From positions 24,428,001 to 24,492,000 of the forward strand of contig OZ024747.1 in assembly GCA_964016885.1 (NCBI GenBank): 64,000 nt of DNA, written 5' to 3'. Made by a program: the position numbers and the translations under genes. Shown here piece by piece: positions 33,905-47,946 of the stretch (its first letter is position 1; the number at the start of each line of letters is the position of its first letter). Origin of the DNA: Eledone cirrhosa. Lineage: Eukaryota. Under the pieces are notes generated by a model, which saw only the letters and a program-made list of their open reading frames with translations, made no database searches and was not told the origin of the DNA.

Positions 33905-36900
33905 TTATGACAATGCTGTAAAATGGAGGGGTAGAGAGGGCCCTTGAGTCTAGTAAGACATCCTCTCTAGTGCTGGTGGCACAAATAAAAGCACCCAGTC
34001 CATGCTGTAAAGTGGCGCTGGTGTTAGGAAGGGCATCCAACCAGTGTATCAATGCCAAAACTTATCAGCACAACAACAAATAGGAAAAACAACAAAATAT
34101 GAAGACGTCGCATCTCAGAGTTGCAACATTTAATGTTGGCACTCTCACAGGTAGATCTGCTGAAATAGCAGAGATGCTGGAGAGAAGGCATGTGGATGTG
34201 TGCTGCATGCAAGAGGTGAGATGGAGAGGTGCCTCTGGGAGACTAGTCATAGGCAAACATCTTAGCTATAAGCTTTTCTGGGTAGGTAAGGATGATGGGT
34301 TAGGGAGAGTAGGCATTTTCCTGGCTGAGAGATGGATCAATAAGACAATAGAGGTAGTTTGATTTAGTAATCGAATAATTAAGCTTAGATTAGTTGTAGG
34401 CAGGAGACTACTGACAATCATCTCTGCCTATGCTCTCCAAGCAGGCCTAGGCAAAGATGAGAAAGACTGCTTTTACGAGCAACTTTTACAAACAACCGCA
34501 ATGACAGAGGACGGAGACATTGTTATGCTAGCAGGGGACTTCAATGGTCATGTTGCATAGCTCCAGGATGGTTACACTGGTGGGCACGGTTACGGTTCAA
34601 GAAATGAAGAAGGAGTGAGACTCCTTGAATTTTGTGATGCAAGTACACTGACTATTTGCAACACAAACTTCCAGAAACTTGCCAATCACCTAATAACTTA
34701 CAAATCTGGCGAGCACATAAGCCAGATTGACTTCTTACTAGTTAGGCAGCGGGACAGGCAGATAGTGTCTAATACCAAGGCATACCCTGGGGAAGAATGT
34801 ACCCCACAGCATAGGTTAGTCGTTAGTGATATCTCAGTAAGCAAGAGATGCAATGAGACATACATGAAGGTGTGGAGAAGAAAGATCTGGAAGCTAAAAG
34901 ACCTTTCACTAAAATACAAATTTAGGAAAGCCCTTCAAGATGTATATGACGAAAAAGAAGACGATTTAGAGACGTATGACATAGATAATAACTGGAATTT
35001 CTTACGTGACAACTTGCTGCAGGCTACTGATGAAACTTGTGGCTGGAGCAGAGCTCCAACCAGACAGAGAGTGACCTGGTGGTGGAACAGCACAGTAGAT
35101 AAGGCCATTAGAGACAAAACACTAGCATGGAAGGCTTGGAAAAAAAAAAGGGTGGGAGTAGGGAAGAATATACAGCCGCTAAGAGAGAAGCTAGACGTCA
35201 GGTGTACTTAGCACGCAGGGAGGCAGAGAGTAGGAGGTTTGCCAATGTTCTGCGACGGGAAGATCAGAGGCGTGCGGTGTTCCACATTGCAAGGCAGTGT
35301 GTCAATGCAAATCAGGATGTTGTTGGAGATAAATGTGTCCGGAATGATGCCGGTGTACTTAGTGTCACGAATGATCAGAAAAAGGAGGCCTGGAAATGTC
35401 ATTATGAGAGACTGATGAATGTGGAGAATGAATGGGAGAGAGAGAAATTACCTTTAGTAGATCCGACAGAGGGACCAGCTATTGAGATTGACGAATATAG
35501 GGTCTAAGAGGCGATTAAGGAAATGAAAAATGGTAAGGCTGCTGGACCATCGGGAACAGTTGCTGAGATGCTGAAGGCATCAGGGGACATAGCACTAAAC
35601 TGGTTGCACGCATCATCAATCAGGCTATATATGGTGGTGTCATACCCAAAGACTGGTGCAGCAGTATTCTCATAAATTGCTACAAAGGTAAAGGGGATTA
35701 TAGGGGTATAAAACTGATGGATCAGGTTATGAAAGTGGCAGAAAGGATATTAGCACAACTAATTAGAGAAAGGGTCAAACTGGATGAGATGCAGTTTGGT
35801 TTTGTGCCTGGGAAGAGTACAACAGATGCCCTCTTCTTGGTGAGACAATTGCAAGAGAGGTTCTTAGAGAAAAATAAGCCACTATACTTAGCCTTTGTTG
35901 ACCTAGAGAAGGCTTTTGATAGGGTACCCCAATCTGTCATCTGGTGATCCCTAAGGAAACTAGGTGTTTAGGAATGGCTTGTGAGGACAGTGCAAACTTT
36001 GTACAGAGGTACTCTGAGTAAAGTCAGGGTAGGAATGGAGTTTAGTGAGGAATTCCAGATACAAGTAGGAGTACATCAAGGTTCGGTCCTCAGCCCGCTC
36101 TTGTTCTTTATAGTCCTCCAAGCCATAACAGAGGAGTTTAAGACTGGCTGTCCATGGGAACTTCTCGATGCTGACGATCTGGTTCTTATAGCAGAATCAG
36201 TAGAGCTAGAGAATAAATTCTGGCTATGGAAACAGCAGTTGGAAGCAAGAGGACTGAGAGTGAACCTAGCTAAGACAAAAGTGTTGATGAGTAGAAAAGA
36301 GGACAAAACTCTGATTCCGTCAGGGAAATGGCCATGTTTGATATGCAGAAAAGGAACTGGCATAAATTCTATAAAATGCACACAAGCAGATCCTGGGTAC
36401 ACAAGAGATGTAGCGGGATAGCAGGCAAACTAACAGGTAGGGAGAAATATGTATGCAGTAGATGTACAGGGAAATTAGACAGTAGAAGTCACATTGATAG
36501 ACACATTTTTCAAATGCAGGAGGGTGCTATAGAAGTGGTGGATAGCTTCCGGTACCTAGATCAGATTAGCATGGGAGGAGGGTGTTCCGAGGCCATAGTA
36601 TCTAGAATAAGGACGGGTTGGAAGAAGTTTAGGGAGCTGCTTCTTCTGCTGACGAAGAAGGGTTTCTCCCTGCGTACGAAAGGCCGGTTATATGATGCCT
36701 GTGTGAGGAGCGCGATGCTGCATGGTAGTGAGACATGGGCAGCTACTGCAAAGGATATGCGATGGTTGGAGAGAAATGAGGCAAGCATGCTCCGTTGGAT
36801 GTGCAGTATCAATGTGCGTGAACGACCCAGCATGAATGTGTTGAGAGAGAAACTGTGTCTGAGAGGGATAGAATGTAGTGTACGGGAGAGGAGACTGAGG

Positions 36901-37162
36901 TGGTATGGACATGTGATGCGCATGGAGGATGACTGATGGGTGAAGAAGTGCCAGGAAATGTCAGTTGAAGGAAGACGTGGTAGAGGTAGACCACGAAAAA
37001 CATGAGCGGAGGTGGTGAGAACAGACCTCAGATCGTTGAAGCTCACGGTGGAGATGACGAGGGACCGTGACGAGTGGAGAGATGCTGTGCTGAATAAGAC
37101 CCGTCCCACCCTTGCGAGCAGGTAAGAGCGGACGTAAAATGATGATGATGATGATGATGATA
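33905..37162 (+). mobile_element. Near full-length degenerate RTE LINE (family C): APE endonuclease + RT
   Basis: LRVATFNVGTL...CCMQEVRW, GDFNGH, SQIDFLL, PQHRLV (APE); QFGF, GVHQGSVLSP, DADD (RT); many stops and frameshifts; short 3' UTR plus (GAT)n. Confidence 0.92.
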
Positions 37163-37193
37163 TATATATACATACCTATATATATATACATAC

Positions 37194-37226
<33 letters not shown>

Positions 37227-37403
37227 CCTATATATACATATTTATATATACATACCTATATATACATATATATGTATGTGTATGTATATACACACACACA
37301 TATAGATACATATATATTATGTATTTGTTTGTGTAAAGGTAGACGTAAGCGAGTGATGGATAACACAGAGAAGAGAAATTGGTAAATATCAGTTGAGAGT
37401 CTC

Positions 37404-37405
<2 letters not shown>

Positions 37406-37460
<55 letters not shown>

Positions 37461-37530
37461 TTTGAGGCAAATGGTGACGGTATTGAATATGGATATAAGT
37501 GATGGACGTCATCAAATATAGATAATGTTA

Positions 37531-37585
<55 letters not shown>

Positions 37586-37866
37586 ATACATATACATATA
37601 TATATACATATATATACATATATATATATACATATATATATATACATATATATATATATACATATATATATTCATATATATACATATATATATTCATATA
37701 TATACATATATATATATACATATATATATACATATATATATTCATATATACATATATATATATATATATATACATATATCTATATTCATATATACATATA
37801 TATACATATATATATACATTCATATATTCATATATATACATATATATATATCCATTCATATATACA

Positions 37867-37900
<34 letters not shown>

Positions 37901-37939
37901 CATATATATATATACATATATATATATATTCATATATAC

Positions 37940-38030
<91 letters not shown>
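37406..38030. repeat. (GA)n and (TA)n/(TACA) microsatellites
   Basis: Direct inspection. Confidence 0.93.
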
Positions 38031-38033
<3 letters not shown>

Positions 38034-38611
38034 AATCTGTCCATATTCACGTCTTTCCCTCTCAATCCCCCCACTCTCTCTTTTTCTCTCTCTCACTATG
38101 GACAGATCCAATGACAAACTGAAGTGTTAAAGATAATGTGGGTGATAAAGAGAATCTGCAATGGCGGTGGCATTGGATATGAACATATCAAACGTCCTTC
38201 TGTGTTATACCCACGCTCACACAAGCATTCACAATGTGTGTGTGCGTGTGTGTGCGTGTGTGTGCGTGTGTGTGCGTGTTTCTGTGAGTATACATGTGTC
38301 AGACATAAATGGTATGCACTATAATAGCTGTATATTGCATGATAATTTCTTGCATGGATACACCACTTCTGTATATATATATTGAACAACATATATTTAA
38401 CAGGTGAGCATATATATTTAAATATATACATAAATATAAACACTCCCTCACGCATATACACACATGCACACAAACAAACACATGCACATACACACACGCA
38501 TACATACAATAATTCAAAATAATGTATTGTAAATATATGTTATCTTTCTGCTCATCTTGGTTATAAATTCTATAAAGGAGAATGGCTATACGTTTAAACA
38601 CAGGCACATTT

Positions 38612-38632
38612 TTATAGATATATATGTATAAC

Positions 38633-38663
<31 letters not shown>

Positions 38664-38807
38664 GTACATATATATACACATATACATATATATACATATA
38701 TATATATACATATATACACATATATACATATACATATATACACATATATACATATATATATACATATATACACATATACATATATATACATATATATATA
38801 CATATAT

Positions 38808-38840
<33 letters not shown>

Positions 38841-38847
38841 CATATAT

Positions 38848-38882
<35 letters not shown>

Positions 38883-38889
38883 CATATAT

Positions 38890-38924
<35 letters not shown>

Positions 38925-38931
38925 CATATAT

Positions 38932-38962
<31 letters not shown>

Positions 38963-38969
38963 CATATAT

Positions 38970-39018
<49 letters not shown>

Positions 39019-39019
39019 T

Positions 39020-39054
<35 letters not shown>

Positions 39055-39070
39055 CATATATACATATATA
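38612..39070. repeat. (TA)n/(CA)n compound microsatellite
   Basis: Direct inspection. Confidence 0.95.
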
Positions 39071-39210
39071 AGTAGAAGGGATATTTATTTTGTTGGAAAT
39101 ACAACAAATAAATATACATTTTTATAACTGATTCAGAGCACTCGACAGCTTTCTGGAGTAAATATTCAATGATATTAAATAAATGGAAACTATATTTATA
39201 AAACCATATT

Positions 39211-39273
39211 TATTCAATTATATATATATTTCAAGGGTACCAAAATTTTGGTACGCTATCATCAGATAAAATA
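39211..39273 (-). ncRNA. Hammerhead ribozyme (family C)
   Basis: RC: TATTTTAT CTGATGA TAGCGTACCAAAATTTTGGTACCCTT GAAA TATATATA TA ATTGAATA. Confidence 0.75.
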
Positions 39274-39335
39274 CAAAATGTTTTATAAATATTTACAGAT
39301 GTGAGAAAAACCACAGACCCTCCATCTCAACTCTA

Positions 39336-39372
39336 CTTTTGAAAAGCAGAAGAACTGTGTAACCGGTAAAAG
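39336..39372 (+). ncRNA. Degenerate U3-A8 hammerhead (family F)
   Basis: CTT TTGAAAA GCAG AAGAA CTGT GTAA CCGG TA AAAG; in repeat 39296-39510. Confidence 0.5.
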
Positions 39373-39517
39373 AACCAAATAAATATATATATATTTTTTT
39401 AAATAAGACTCCAGTTGCATTTTCGATTTCATCTTTTTTCCTTATACTTTCACTCATGTAGGACACCTCGATTATTTTTCATTTTGTAAAAAAAACCCTC
39501 ACTTTCTAATATATATC

Positions 39518-39672
39518 ATCATTCATCATTTCATTTTACGTCCGCTTTTTCCCTGCTTGCAAGGGTGGGACGGCAACTGATTCTGGCTTGATTTCTACAG
39601 CTGGATGCCCTTCCTATTGAACTCACAATCTTTCGATTGCAAGGCCAATGCTCTAACCACTAAGCCATGTGC

Positions 39673-39676
<4 letters not shown>
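39518..39676 (-). mobile_element. Internally deleted SINE type 1 (head joined to tail)
   Basis: GATGCCCTTCCTA|TTGAACTCACAA junction removes the CORE-like body. Confidence 0.85.
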
Positions 39677-39766
<90 letters not shown>

Positions 39767-39821
39767 AAGTTAAACAAGGTTCAATGAATACATCAAAGAA
39801 TGATTTTTACATGCATCATCT

Positions 39822-39888
39822 TATTTTATCTGATGGGGACGTACTGTTGAACTTAACTCAGTACCTCTGAAATATGTATAATAAAATA
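39822..39888 (+). ncRNA. Hammerhead motif (B/C-related, A9G variant)
   Basis: TATTTTAT CTGATGG GGACGTACTG TTGAACTTAACT CAGTACCTCT GAAA TATGTA TA ATAAAATA. Confidence 0.7.
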
Positions 39889-39931
39889 TAATTGATCACA
39901 AGAATATCTATTTTGTTAATATTTTGAATTA

Positions 39932-39963
<32 letters not shown>

Positions 39964-40189
39964 TGGTGATATTTACTTACTCTGTACTGAGACAAGAATA
40001 TGTTATAGCTGTTATACTTTTTGCATTTAAAATATTTGCTGACGATGCTTATTTGCATATAGTTCGAGCCTAACTAGTTAAAATTAATCAGTCGTAGCAC
40101 AAACATTGTGCGATTCAAAATAATAGTTTATATAGAGGCATATACAATATATTTATGTATAGTAAACATATATGTCTCACTACAAATGT

Positions 40190-40630
40190 TTTAAACTACC
40201 ACAATAGCAAAACTTACATATGTTTATTATATATAAACATACATATATGCTTTCATATACACTTCTATTACATGCTTACTTCTTAGTGCTTACTTCTCTT
40301 GTGCATCTGCCACATACAAAGTTTAAATACTCTGTTAACCTTCCTGTAATCTCATTACATTTCTTGTGCATCCATAGACTGCACTGTGTGTGCCTTATAA
40401 AAATTCTGCCCATCCATTTTTAACACATCAGATTCTTGTCCTTTTTTTCTACTCATAAAGTCTTTTGACTTTTCTAAGTTTTCTTTTAGTCTTTCCAGTT
40501 CCTGGTTAATCTTTCCATCTTGGAAATCTGCCCATGGATTCAGGCTGTAAGGATTACATCATCAGCATACAAGAGTTCTCATAGAGTGCCAGTTTTAAAC
40601 TCCTTGGTTATGGCCAGAAGGGCAATGATA
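40190..40630 (-). mobile_element. Old RTE RT fragment
   Basis: IIALLAITKEFKTG..ELLYAD-like motif on minus strand. Confidence 0.7.
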
Positions 40631-40721
40631 GACAGACAGACACACACACACATATATACATATATACACACATACATATATACACACACACATACATATA
40701 TACACACACACATACATATAT

Positions 40722-40754
<33 letters not shown>

Positions 40755-41341
40755 CACACACATACACATACATACATACACACACACATATATATATATA
40801 TACACACACACACATACATACATATATATACACACACATATATATATATACACACACATATATATACACACACACACATACATACATATATACACACACA
40901 TGTATATATGAGTACTGGCAAGAGAGTACAATATATGTGTTCGCCTTTTCCATATGATATTGATAAAGTAACCAACCACTAGCAACCACTAGCAACAACA
41001 ACAACGATACCCATGACAAGAGCCACAACAACAACAACAATGATAATAAGAATAATTCAACACAGTAAGCTGCTAATATATCTTATCTTTAGTTCGCTTC
41101 AATCGTAAATTATATGAAGCTAAATGGTAATACATGTTAAGTACCTGCTTGCTATAGTCAGACATTCACAACCACATATGTGGATAAGTTCTTATATGCT
41201 GTACACAAACTATATATATGTGTATGTATTTATATATATACACACATATATATGTGTATGTGTGCGTATGTATACATATATACACACACATATATGTGTA
41301 TGTGTGTTTATGTATCCACACACATATATATGTGTGTGTGT

Positions 41342-41400
<59 letters not shown>

Positions 41401-41403
<3 letters not shown>

Positions 41404-41975
41404 TGTTATATTTGGGGAGGGTCATATTTGCGTAATATTGCCAGAATTAATAACAGAACACACTCACTGTTTGGTTGGTTTTCGCTTCTCGCTGTCTTTT
41501 ATATATATATATCTGCGATCTAACTTACTCGGTCCTCAATGTTGCCATTGACTGACCGGCGGTCAAAAATAATACAGATACAATATAGACAAACACATAT
41601 ATATATAGTTTACATAAATCTTTCGTTGCACATCTGCAACATCGTCAGTGGTGTTATATTCATTGTTCCTCCTGTTGTGTTGTATGTCTACGCCATTTTT
41701 TTTTTTTTGTTCAGTAAACTATATATATATGTGTTTGTCTATATTGTATCTGTATTATTTTTGACTGCCGGTCAGTCAATGGCAACATTGAGGACCGAGT
41801 AAGTTAGATCGCAGATATATATATATAAAAGACAGCGAGAAGCGAAAACCAACCAAACAGTGAGTGTGTTCTGTTATTAATTCTGGCAATATTACGCAAA
41901 TATGACCCTCCCCAAATATAACAATATCTGTTTCGACACACGATTTCATATAAAAAACCTCGCAAAACTAATTCA
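41401..41975. mobile_element. Fold-back PLE-type pLTR (family E), ~212-bp arms
   Basis: 41401-41613 inverted with 41714-41927; hammerhead in the spacer. Confidence 0.78.
41612..41653 (-). ncRNA. Minimal hammerhead with extra base after A9 (family E)
   Basis: RC: CACCA CTGACGA T GTTGCA GATG TGCAAC GAAA GATT TA TGT; stem I weak. Confidence 0.65.
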
Positions 41976-42125
41976 TCGCCGCTATGTATATATATATATA
42001 TATATATACATATACACATATGTATGTATATGTATATATAAGTGCGTAGGTATCAATAACAGTGTCAATATGTGTATGTGTGCGTATGTATACATATATA
42101 CACACACATATATGTGTGTGTGTAT

Positions 42126-42196
<71 letters not shown>

Positions 42197-42244
42197 CACA
42201 TATGTATGTATATGTATATATAAGTGTGTAGGTATCAATAACAG

Positions 42245-42745
42245 TGTTGAGAGGACTCTTCAGTTGAATCAAGGGCATGATCACCTTCCTAGTGTTTGTA
42301 CCATGATAAAATACACCGAGTATTCTCTGTAAAGTGGTTAGCATTAGAAAGGGCATCCAGCCAGAGAAACAATAGTAAATAAAGGATTGTGATAACTTTT
42401 CAGTTGACTAAGGTAACCTCCTTAGTGCTGGTACCACAATAAAATGTACACAGTACACTCTGTGAAGTGGTTGGCATTAGGAGTGGGATCCAGCGAAGAA
42501 ACCAAGCTAAATAAAGGATCCAGAGGACTTTTGAGTTGCGTCAACAACTTCCCTAGTGTGTCTGCCACAATAAAATGCACCCAGTACTTTCTGTAAAGTA
42601 GTTGGCATTAAGAAGGACATCCAGCTAGAGTAAACATGTTAAGCAAAGAATTGGGAGGACACTTAGTTGTGTCAAGGACATGTCAATCACCCTACTGCTG
42701 TTGTGACAATATAATACACTCAGTACACTGCATAAACCATGTGAA
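42245..42745 (+). repeat. Degenerate tandem repeat (~4 units of ~125-135 bp) of the RTE leader/SINE body motif
   Basis: Recurrent CTAGTG..ACCACAATAAAATGCACCCAGTACACTCTGTAAAGTGGTTGGCATTAGAAAGGGCATCCAGC. Confidence 0.75.
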
Positions 42746-44012
42746 AACTAGAATATATATAAGCAAGACATGTGTTGGTGTTGTAATAGAGTTTTGTGAA
42801 GTATAAGTGTTTGTATGTAGTTTCAGACAACACATAGTTTAGCACTGGCTGTCAAGATGAACTCTCCCTTTCATGTCTAAATGATATTACATAGCTATTT
42901 CTATGAATGTGTATGAGTGTGCATGCGTGCATGCATGCGCATGAGCATGTGTGTGGGCATGTGTGTGTGCATGTGTGTGAGTGTGCATGTCTGCGCATGT
43001 GTGTGTGGCTGTAGCTACACACAGAAATAATGTACCAACATTGTGGGGTTATTATTTGATTAGAAAGTGTCTTAAAGGACGAGAGCAGTTAATTTTTCTA
43101 TTTACTTGTTAAACATTTTATTTACAACAGAGAGAAAAAAACAAAAACAAAAACAAACAAAAGAAGAAAACAAAAATACAGATGAAATGGCGAAACACAA
43201 GAGAATCATTTAGCTTAGATCTAACTTTAGATAGCCTCATAAAACCCATCTTTAGCTTTGTTTTCTTTCTGTTTTTCTATCTGGAATAAATCTATAAGAT
43301 ATAGTGCTGCTAAGTTGCACAGAGAAAGAACCAATATCAGGAAATCTACATGATAATGGTAGAAGTATTAAAGGAGAGGTAAATTCCGGTATTGGAAAGA
43401 ATGGGAGCAGAATGTTAAACTGAATTCTTTTATTATTTGCAGTCATTATACTATGGCCATGCTGGGACACTGCCTTTAATGTGACTTTTAGTTGATCATA
43501 TCAAATCTAGTACTTGTTTAATTTCAATTTTTGAAGTCAACCACTTATTTTATGGATCTCATTTGTCGAATCGCTAAGTTATGGAACATAAAGACAGGCA
43601 CAGAAATATACACACAAACACACACATTCATATATATATATATAATAATAATAATGATACTATTTATAGTTATGTATATACTATAAACAGGAAAGGTCAG
43701 TAATTTATTACTACCTTATCACCAGTAAGGGAAATAGCTCGCTGTAAGAACATCAGGTGTTTTACAGAACAGGCATATGTACTGCTAGTGTCTTCATTCT
43801 TCCTCAATGCCTCTTTAATAATTAGACTATTCTCTTGTATTATCTGTTGCATGTATTCCACTCTGTGCTTTTAATTTGAATTTGAATTTTTGTACAATTC
43901 TCGTATAATATATGTCGCATCCATTACACCCTGTAAATACACAACATCAATATATATGCATCTATATGATTGTTCAGTTGAATAGGAGGTTAGTTATATG
44001 TACAAACATTGA

Positions 44013-44066
44013 TAATGCTCTGATGATTCCAAACGAAAGTTTGGAAGAAACAATTGTCAGAAATTA
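44013..44066 (+). ncRNA. Type I hammerhead ribozyme (family A, intact) in repeat 43655-44100
   Basis: TAATGCT CTGATGA TTCCAAAC GAAA GTTTGGAA GAAA CAATTG TC AGAAATTA; GNRA loop, GUC site. Confidence 0.88.
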
Positions 44067-44098
44067 AATGATTTGAACATAACTTTGATATTTGTGTA

Positions 44099-44134
<36 letters not shown>

Positions 44135-44457
44135 TCGGATTTTATATATCTATATATATATATATATATATACTCGGATTTTTTTTCCTAGAGTGCTTAA
44201 ATTATTTGTGACTAATCCCGTTTTTTTTATAAAAACTGCGATAATATTGCTTTTTGCTGAACTCCTTTTCATGTAGAGTTTTTTCGGAATGTAATTGACT
44301 GTTATTTCTTGTAAATAAACATTCATTTCATTCTGACGTCACTAGCCCCGTTTTTCCTCATGTGCGTTTTTCATAATCACGCATGATGGTGAACTAGCCA
44401 GTTTTAAAATTCCCTTTTTGGCTTATAAATCTGTGAGAGTCCTGGTTATCTGGTTGA

Positions 44458-44537
44458 GCTCTGCTGACGATTGAAATCCAACCGTGACCATCTCCACTGA
44501 AAGTTTTCATGAAATAGTCTTTAAGACTATACAGAGC
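44458..44537 (+). ncRNA. Type I hammerhead ribozyme with full stem III
   Basis: GCTCTG CTGACGA T TGAAA...TTTCA T GAAA TAGTCT TTA AGACTA TA CAGAGC. Confidence 0.85.
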
Positions 44538-44775
44538 ATTTGATGTTTTTCCAAATTGAAGGATAAGTATTTTATCATGAGTTAAGGCTCTATTGATTTT
44601 TCCCTGGATTTCACTAAATTCTGTGGATGAATTTATATCCTGATTCTCTTTTGAGATGAGTTTGAATTATTTTTCCTACATCTTACGTTAACTATTTTTC
44701 CCATCTTGACGCCATAGTCGCATATATGTTATGGAATACTGTTAGCTTCTCGCTAAAACAATTTCTATACCTTTC

Positions 44776-44809
<34 letters not shown>

Positions 44810-46915
44810 CTAGTAACAAATTTAGAAACATGTTACTTGATGCTTTTCGCAATAAGGAAGAGCAGATAGAGACATACAATATAGAGGAGCAGTGGGAATT
44901 CCTGAAAGATAACCTACTAAAAGCGACAAACGAAATCTGAGGTTGGAGCAGGCCTCAAGAGAGAAGGAGAGTGACTTGGTGCTGGAACAGTAGGGTGGAG
45001 GAGACAATTAAGGCCAAAAGACATGCATGGAAAGAATGGCAGGATAGAGGAAGTAGAGAACACTACCAAGAGGCTAGTAGAGAAGCTGGGTGACAAGTGT
45101 ACTTTGCAAGAAGGGAAGCAGGGAAAAAAAAATTAAGCATGTTATGAAACGCAAGGGCCAAAGGCGTGAGGCATTCAGGATTGCGAGGCAATGTGTCAGG
45201 AAAAACAGAGAAAACAATAGAAGCATTAAGTTGGCTGACTAGGTCATGAAAGTCACAAAAAGAGTTATCGCACAGCTGATAAGGGACCAAATTAAGCTTG
45301 ATGAAATGCAGTTTGGATTTAAGCCAGGTAAAAGTACTACAGATGTTCTCTTCCTCATGAGGCAATTGCATGAGAAGTATCTAGCTAAAAATAAACCCCT
45401 CTACTTAGCTTTTGTTGACTTGGAGAAATCCTTTGACAGAGTTCCCCACTCTATTATCTGGTGGGCTCTTAGAAAACTAGGAGTAGATGAATGGCTTGTG
45501 AGACCTATACAAACCATGCATAGAGGAACAGTCAGTAAAGTTAGAATTAACAATGAATATAGTGAAGAATTTAGCATATAAGTAGGTGTTCATCAGGGCT
45601 CTGTCCTTATCCCTCTCCTATTTATCATTGCTATACAGGCTATAACATAAGAGACAGTTTAAGACTGGCTCTACCTATGGGAACTACTGTATGCAGATAA
45701 TCTAACTCTCATAGCTGATTATATGGCAGAATTAGAGAAGAAATTCCAAACATGGAAGCATGAACTTGTCAAAAACTAAAATCCTTGTATGTAGAAAAGA
45801 AAATAGGGCCCAGAGTCCCTCTGAAAATAGCCTTGCTCAACGTGCAGGAAAGGAGTAGGTAGAAATTCCATTATATGGCCCAAATGAAAGCTATGAGTAC
45901 ATAAAAAATGTAGTGGGATCACAGGCAGGGAATAAAAAAATGTAGGTTTTATATGCAGCCGATGCACAGGTGTAATAAGTAGCAAATGCTCATTGGATAC
46001 TAGCTCCTTCAAATGGTTCTATAGAAATAGTCAACAGTTTCCATTACCTGGGTGAGGAAATCAGCAGTGGAGGAGGGTGTTCCGAAAGTATAGTAGCCAG
46101 AGTAAGAATGGGATGGAGAAAGTTCAGGGAGCTACTATTGCTATTAGCTACAAAAGGTTTTTCTCTTAAAATAAGGGCAGATTGTACGTTGCATGTATAT
46201 GGACAGTGAGACCTGGACACTATATGCAGAGAACCTGCAAAGATTGGAAAGAAATGAAGCATGCATGCTCCAATGGATGTATATTAGTAATATACATAAA
46301 GCATAAATGAACTGAGAGAGAAATTAGGTATAAGAGGGATCAGATGCAGTATGCTAGAGAGGAGATTGCATTGGTATGGCCATGTGATGCATATGAAAGG
46401 TGACAGCTGTATAAAAAGGTGCAGAGCAATCAAAGTTGACAGAAGCTATAGAGTAAGAAAACCAAGAAAGACCTGGGATGAGGGGATAAAAGCTGACCTT
46501 GCAAAATTGCACCTCTCAAAGACAATGATACAGGATCAAGATCTTTGGCGTTATGCAGTAATGTGCACGGACTCAAACATACATTAAGTAGGCACCTCAA
46601 CCACTATACCCCTTTCAATACACCTCCCACAACCCAACACCCACCCACTTCTGTCCACACCACCCTTGCATTGTAAAATTATGTTGGTATCACAACAAAA
46701 AAGCATCCAACACACACTGTAAAGTGGTTGTGTGGGTGTCACAACAAAAAGCACTGTGATGTGGTTTGTGTTAGGAAGGGCATCAAGCCATAAAAACCTA
46801 GCCAGAAACGGTTCTGTATGAGCAAGAGACGGTCACCTGACTTGACTTGTCTCTAATGGGACAACCACTCTAACCCATGCTAGCGTGGAAAATAGATGTT
46901 AAATGATGATGATAA
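44810..46915 (+). mobile_element. Old, heavily mutated RTE LINE
   Basis: ORF remnants 45246-45581 (QFGF, FVDLEKSFDRV) and 46351-46587; 3' UTR and tail. Confidence 0.88.
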
Positions 46916-47105
46916 TAATTGTTTCTATTTTTGGCACAAGGCCAGCAATTACCCAGTGCATTACTGGTACTTTATTTTATCGACCCCGTAAGGATGAAAG
47001 GCAAAGTTAACCTCGGCAGTATTTGAACTCAGATCATAAAGGGAAGTAACTCTATACTTCAAAGCATGGTGTCCGACCCTCTACCGATACTGCTAATACA
47101 CCAAT
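46916..47105 (-). mobile_element. SINE type 2
   Basis: Homologous to 6818-6999. Confidence 0.85.
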
Positions 47106-47281
47106 ACTGCCAATACACCAAATGATGATGATAATAATGATGATGTTATATATTAATATCATTATCATTATTTAATGTACACTCTGCCTGCTAGCAAGGG
47201 TACATATATATTTTTTCCATTGTCTTAGTCTTGTTTGCTCCTTAATTTAAATATATGTGTATGTGTGTGTGTGTGTGTATA

Positions 47282-47359
47282 CAAGGTGTCTCCAAAATAT
47301 GTATACACACTTCAACAGCATTCTAATCAAAGTGTGTATACATTTTTGGGGGACACCAT
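47282..47359. mobile_element. Tiny Tc1/mariner-type MITE (~78 bp)
   Basis: GGTGTCTCCAAAATATGTATACACACTT ... AAGTGTGTATACATTTTTGGGGACACC, TA flanks. Confidence 0.7.
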
Positions 47360-47737
47360 ATATATATGTGTGTGTGCATACACACACACACACACATAGA
47401 GAAGGCATCTGCAGTTTCTGTCAATGCAATTTCACTCGCAAAGCATATGTCAACCCAAAGCTATATTAGATGATACTTGCCCAAGATGCCATGTTGTGGG
47501 ACCAAACCTGAAACCATACAATTGCAAAATGAACTGTATCCGCAAATATTATTTCAACAACAAATTTACTTTACAAACAATTACAACGCCATTTAATATT
47601 TTCTAAGATAATTATTTAATGAAAATATTGGAAACAAAATTATATGAATTCCCAAAGAAACTATAAAATTTTGATAGCAATTATAGGTTTCAGTTAATTA
47701 GTTTTGGAAATATTATAACATAGATAAATATATATAA

Positions 47738-47848
<111 letters not shown>

Positions 47849-47946
47849 GAGAGAGAGAGAGAGGGACATATGTATATATACACATATGTATATATACACA
47901 TATGTATATACATACATATATATGCATACATATATATATATATATA

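Noticed and set aside
43305-43378. Possible exon VLLSCTEKEPISGNLHDNGRSIKGE
   Set aside because: Short, weak acceptor, no supporting evidence
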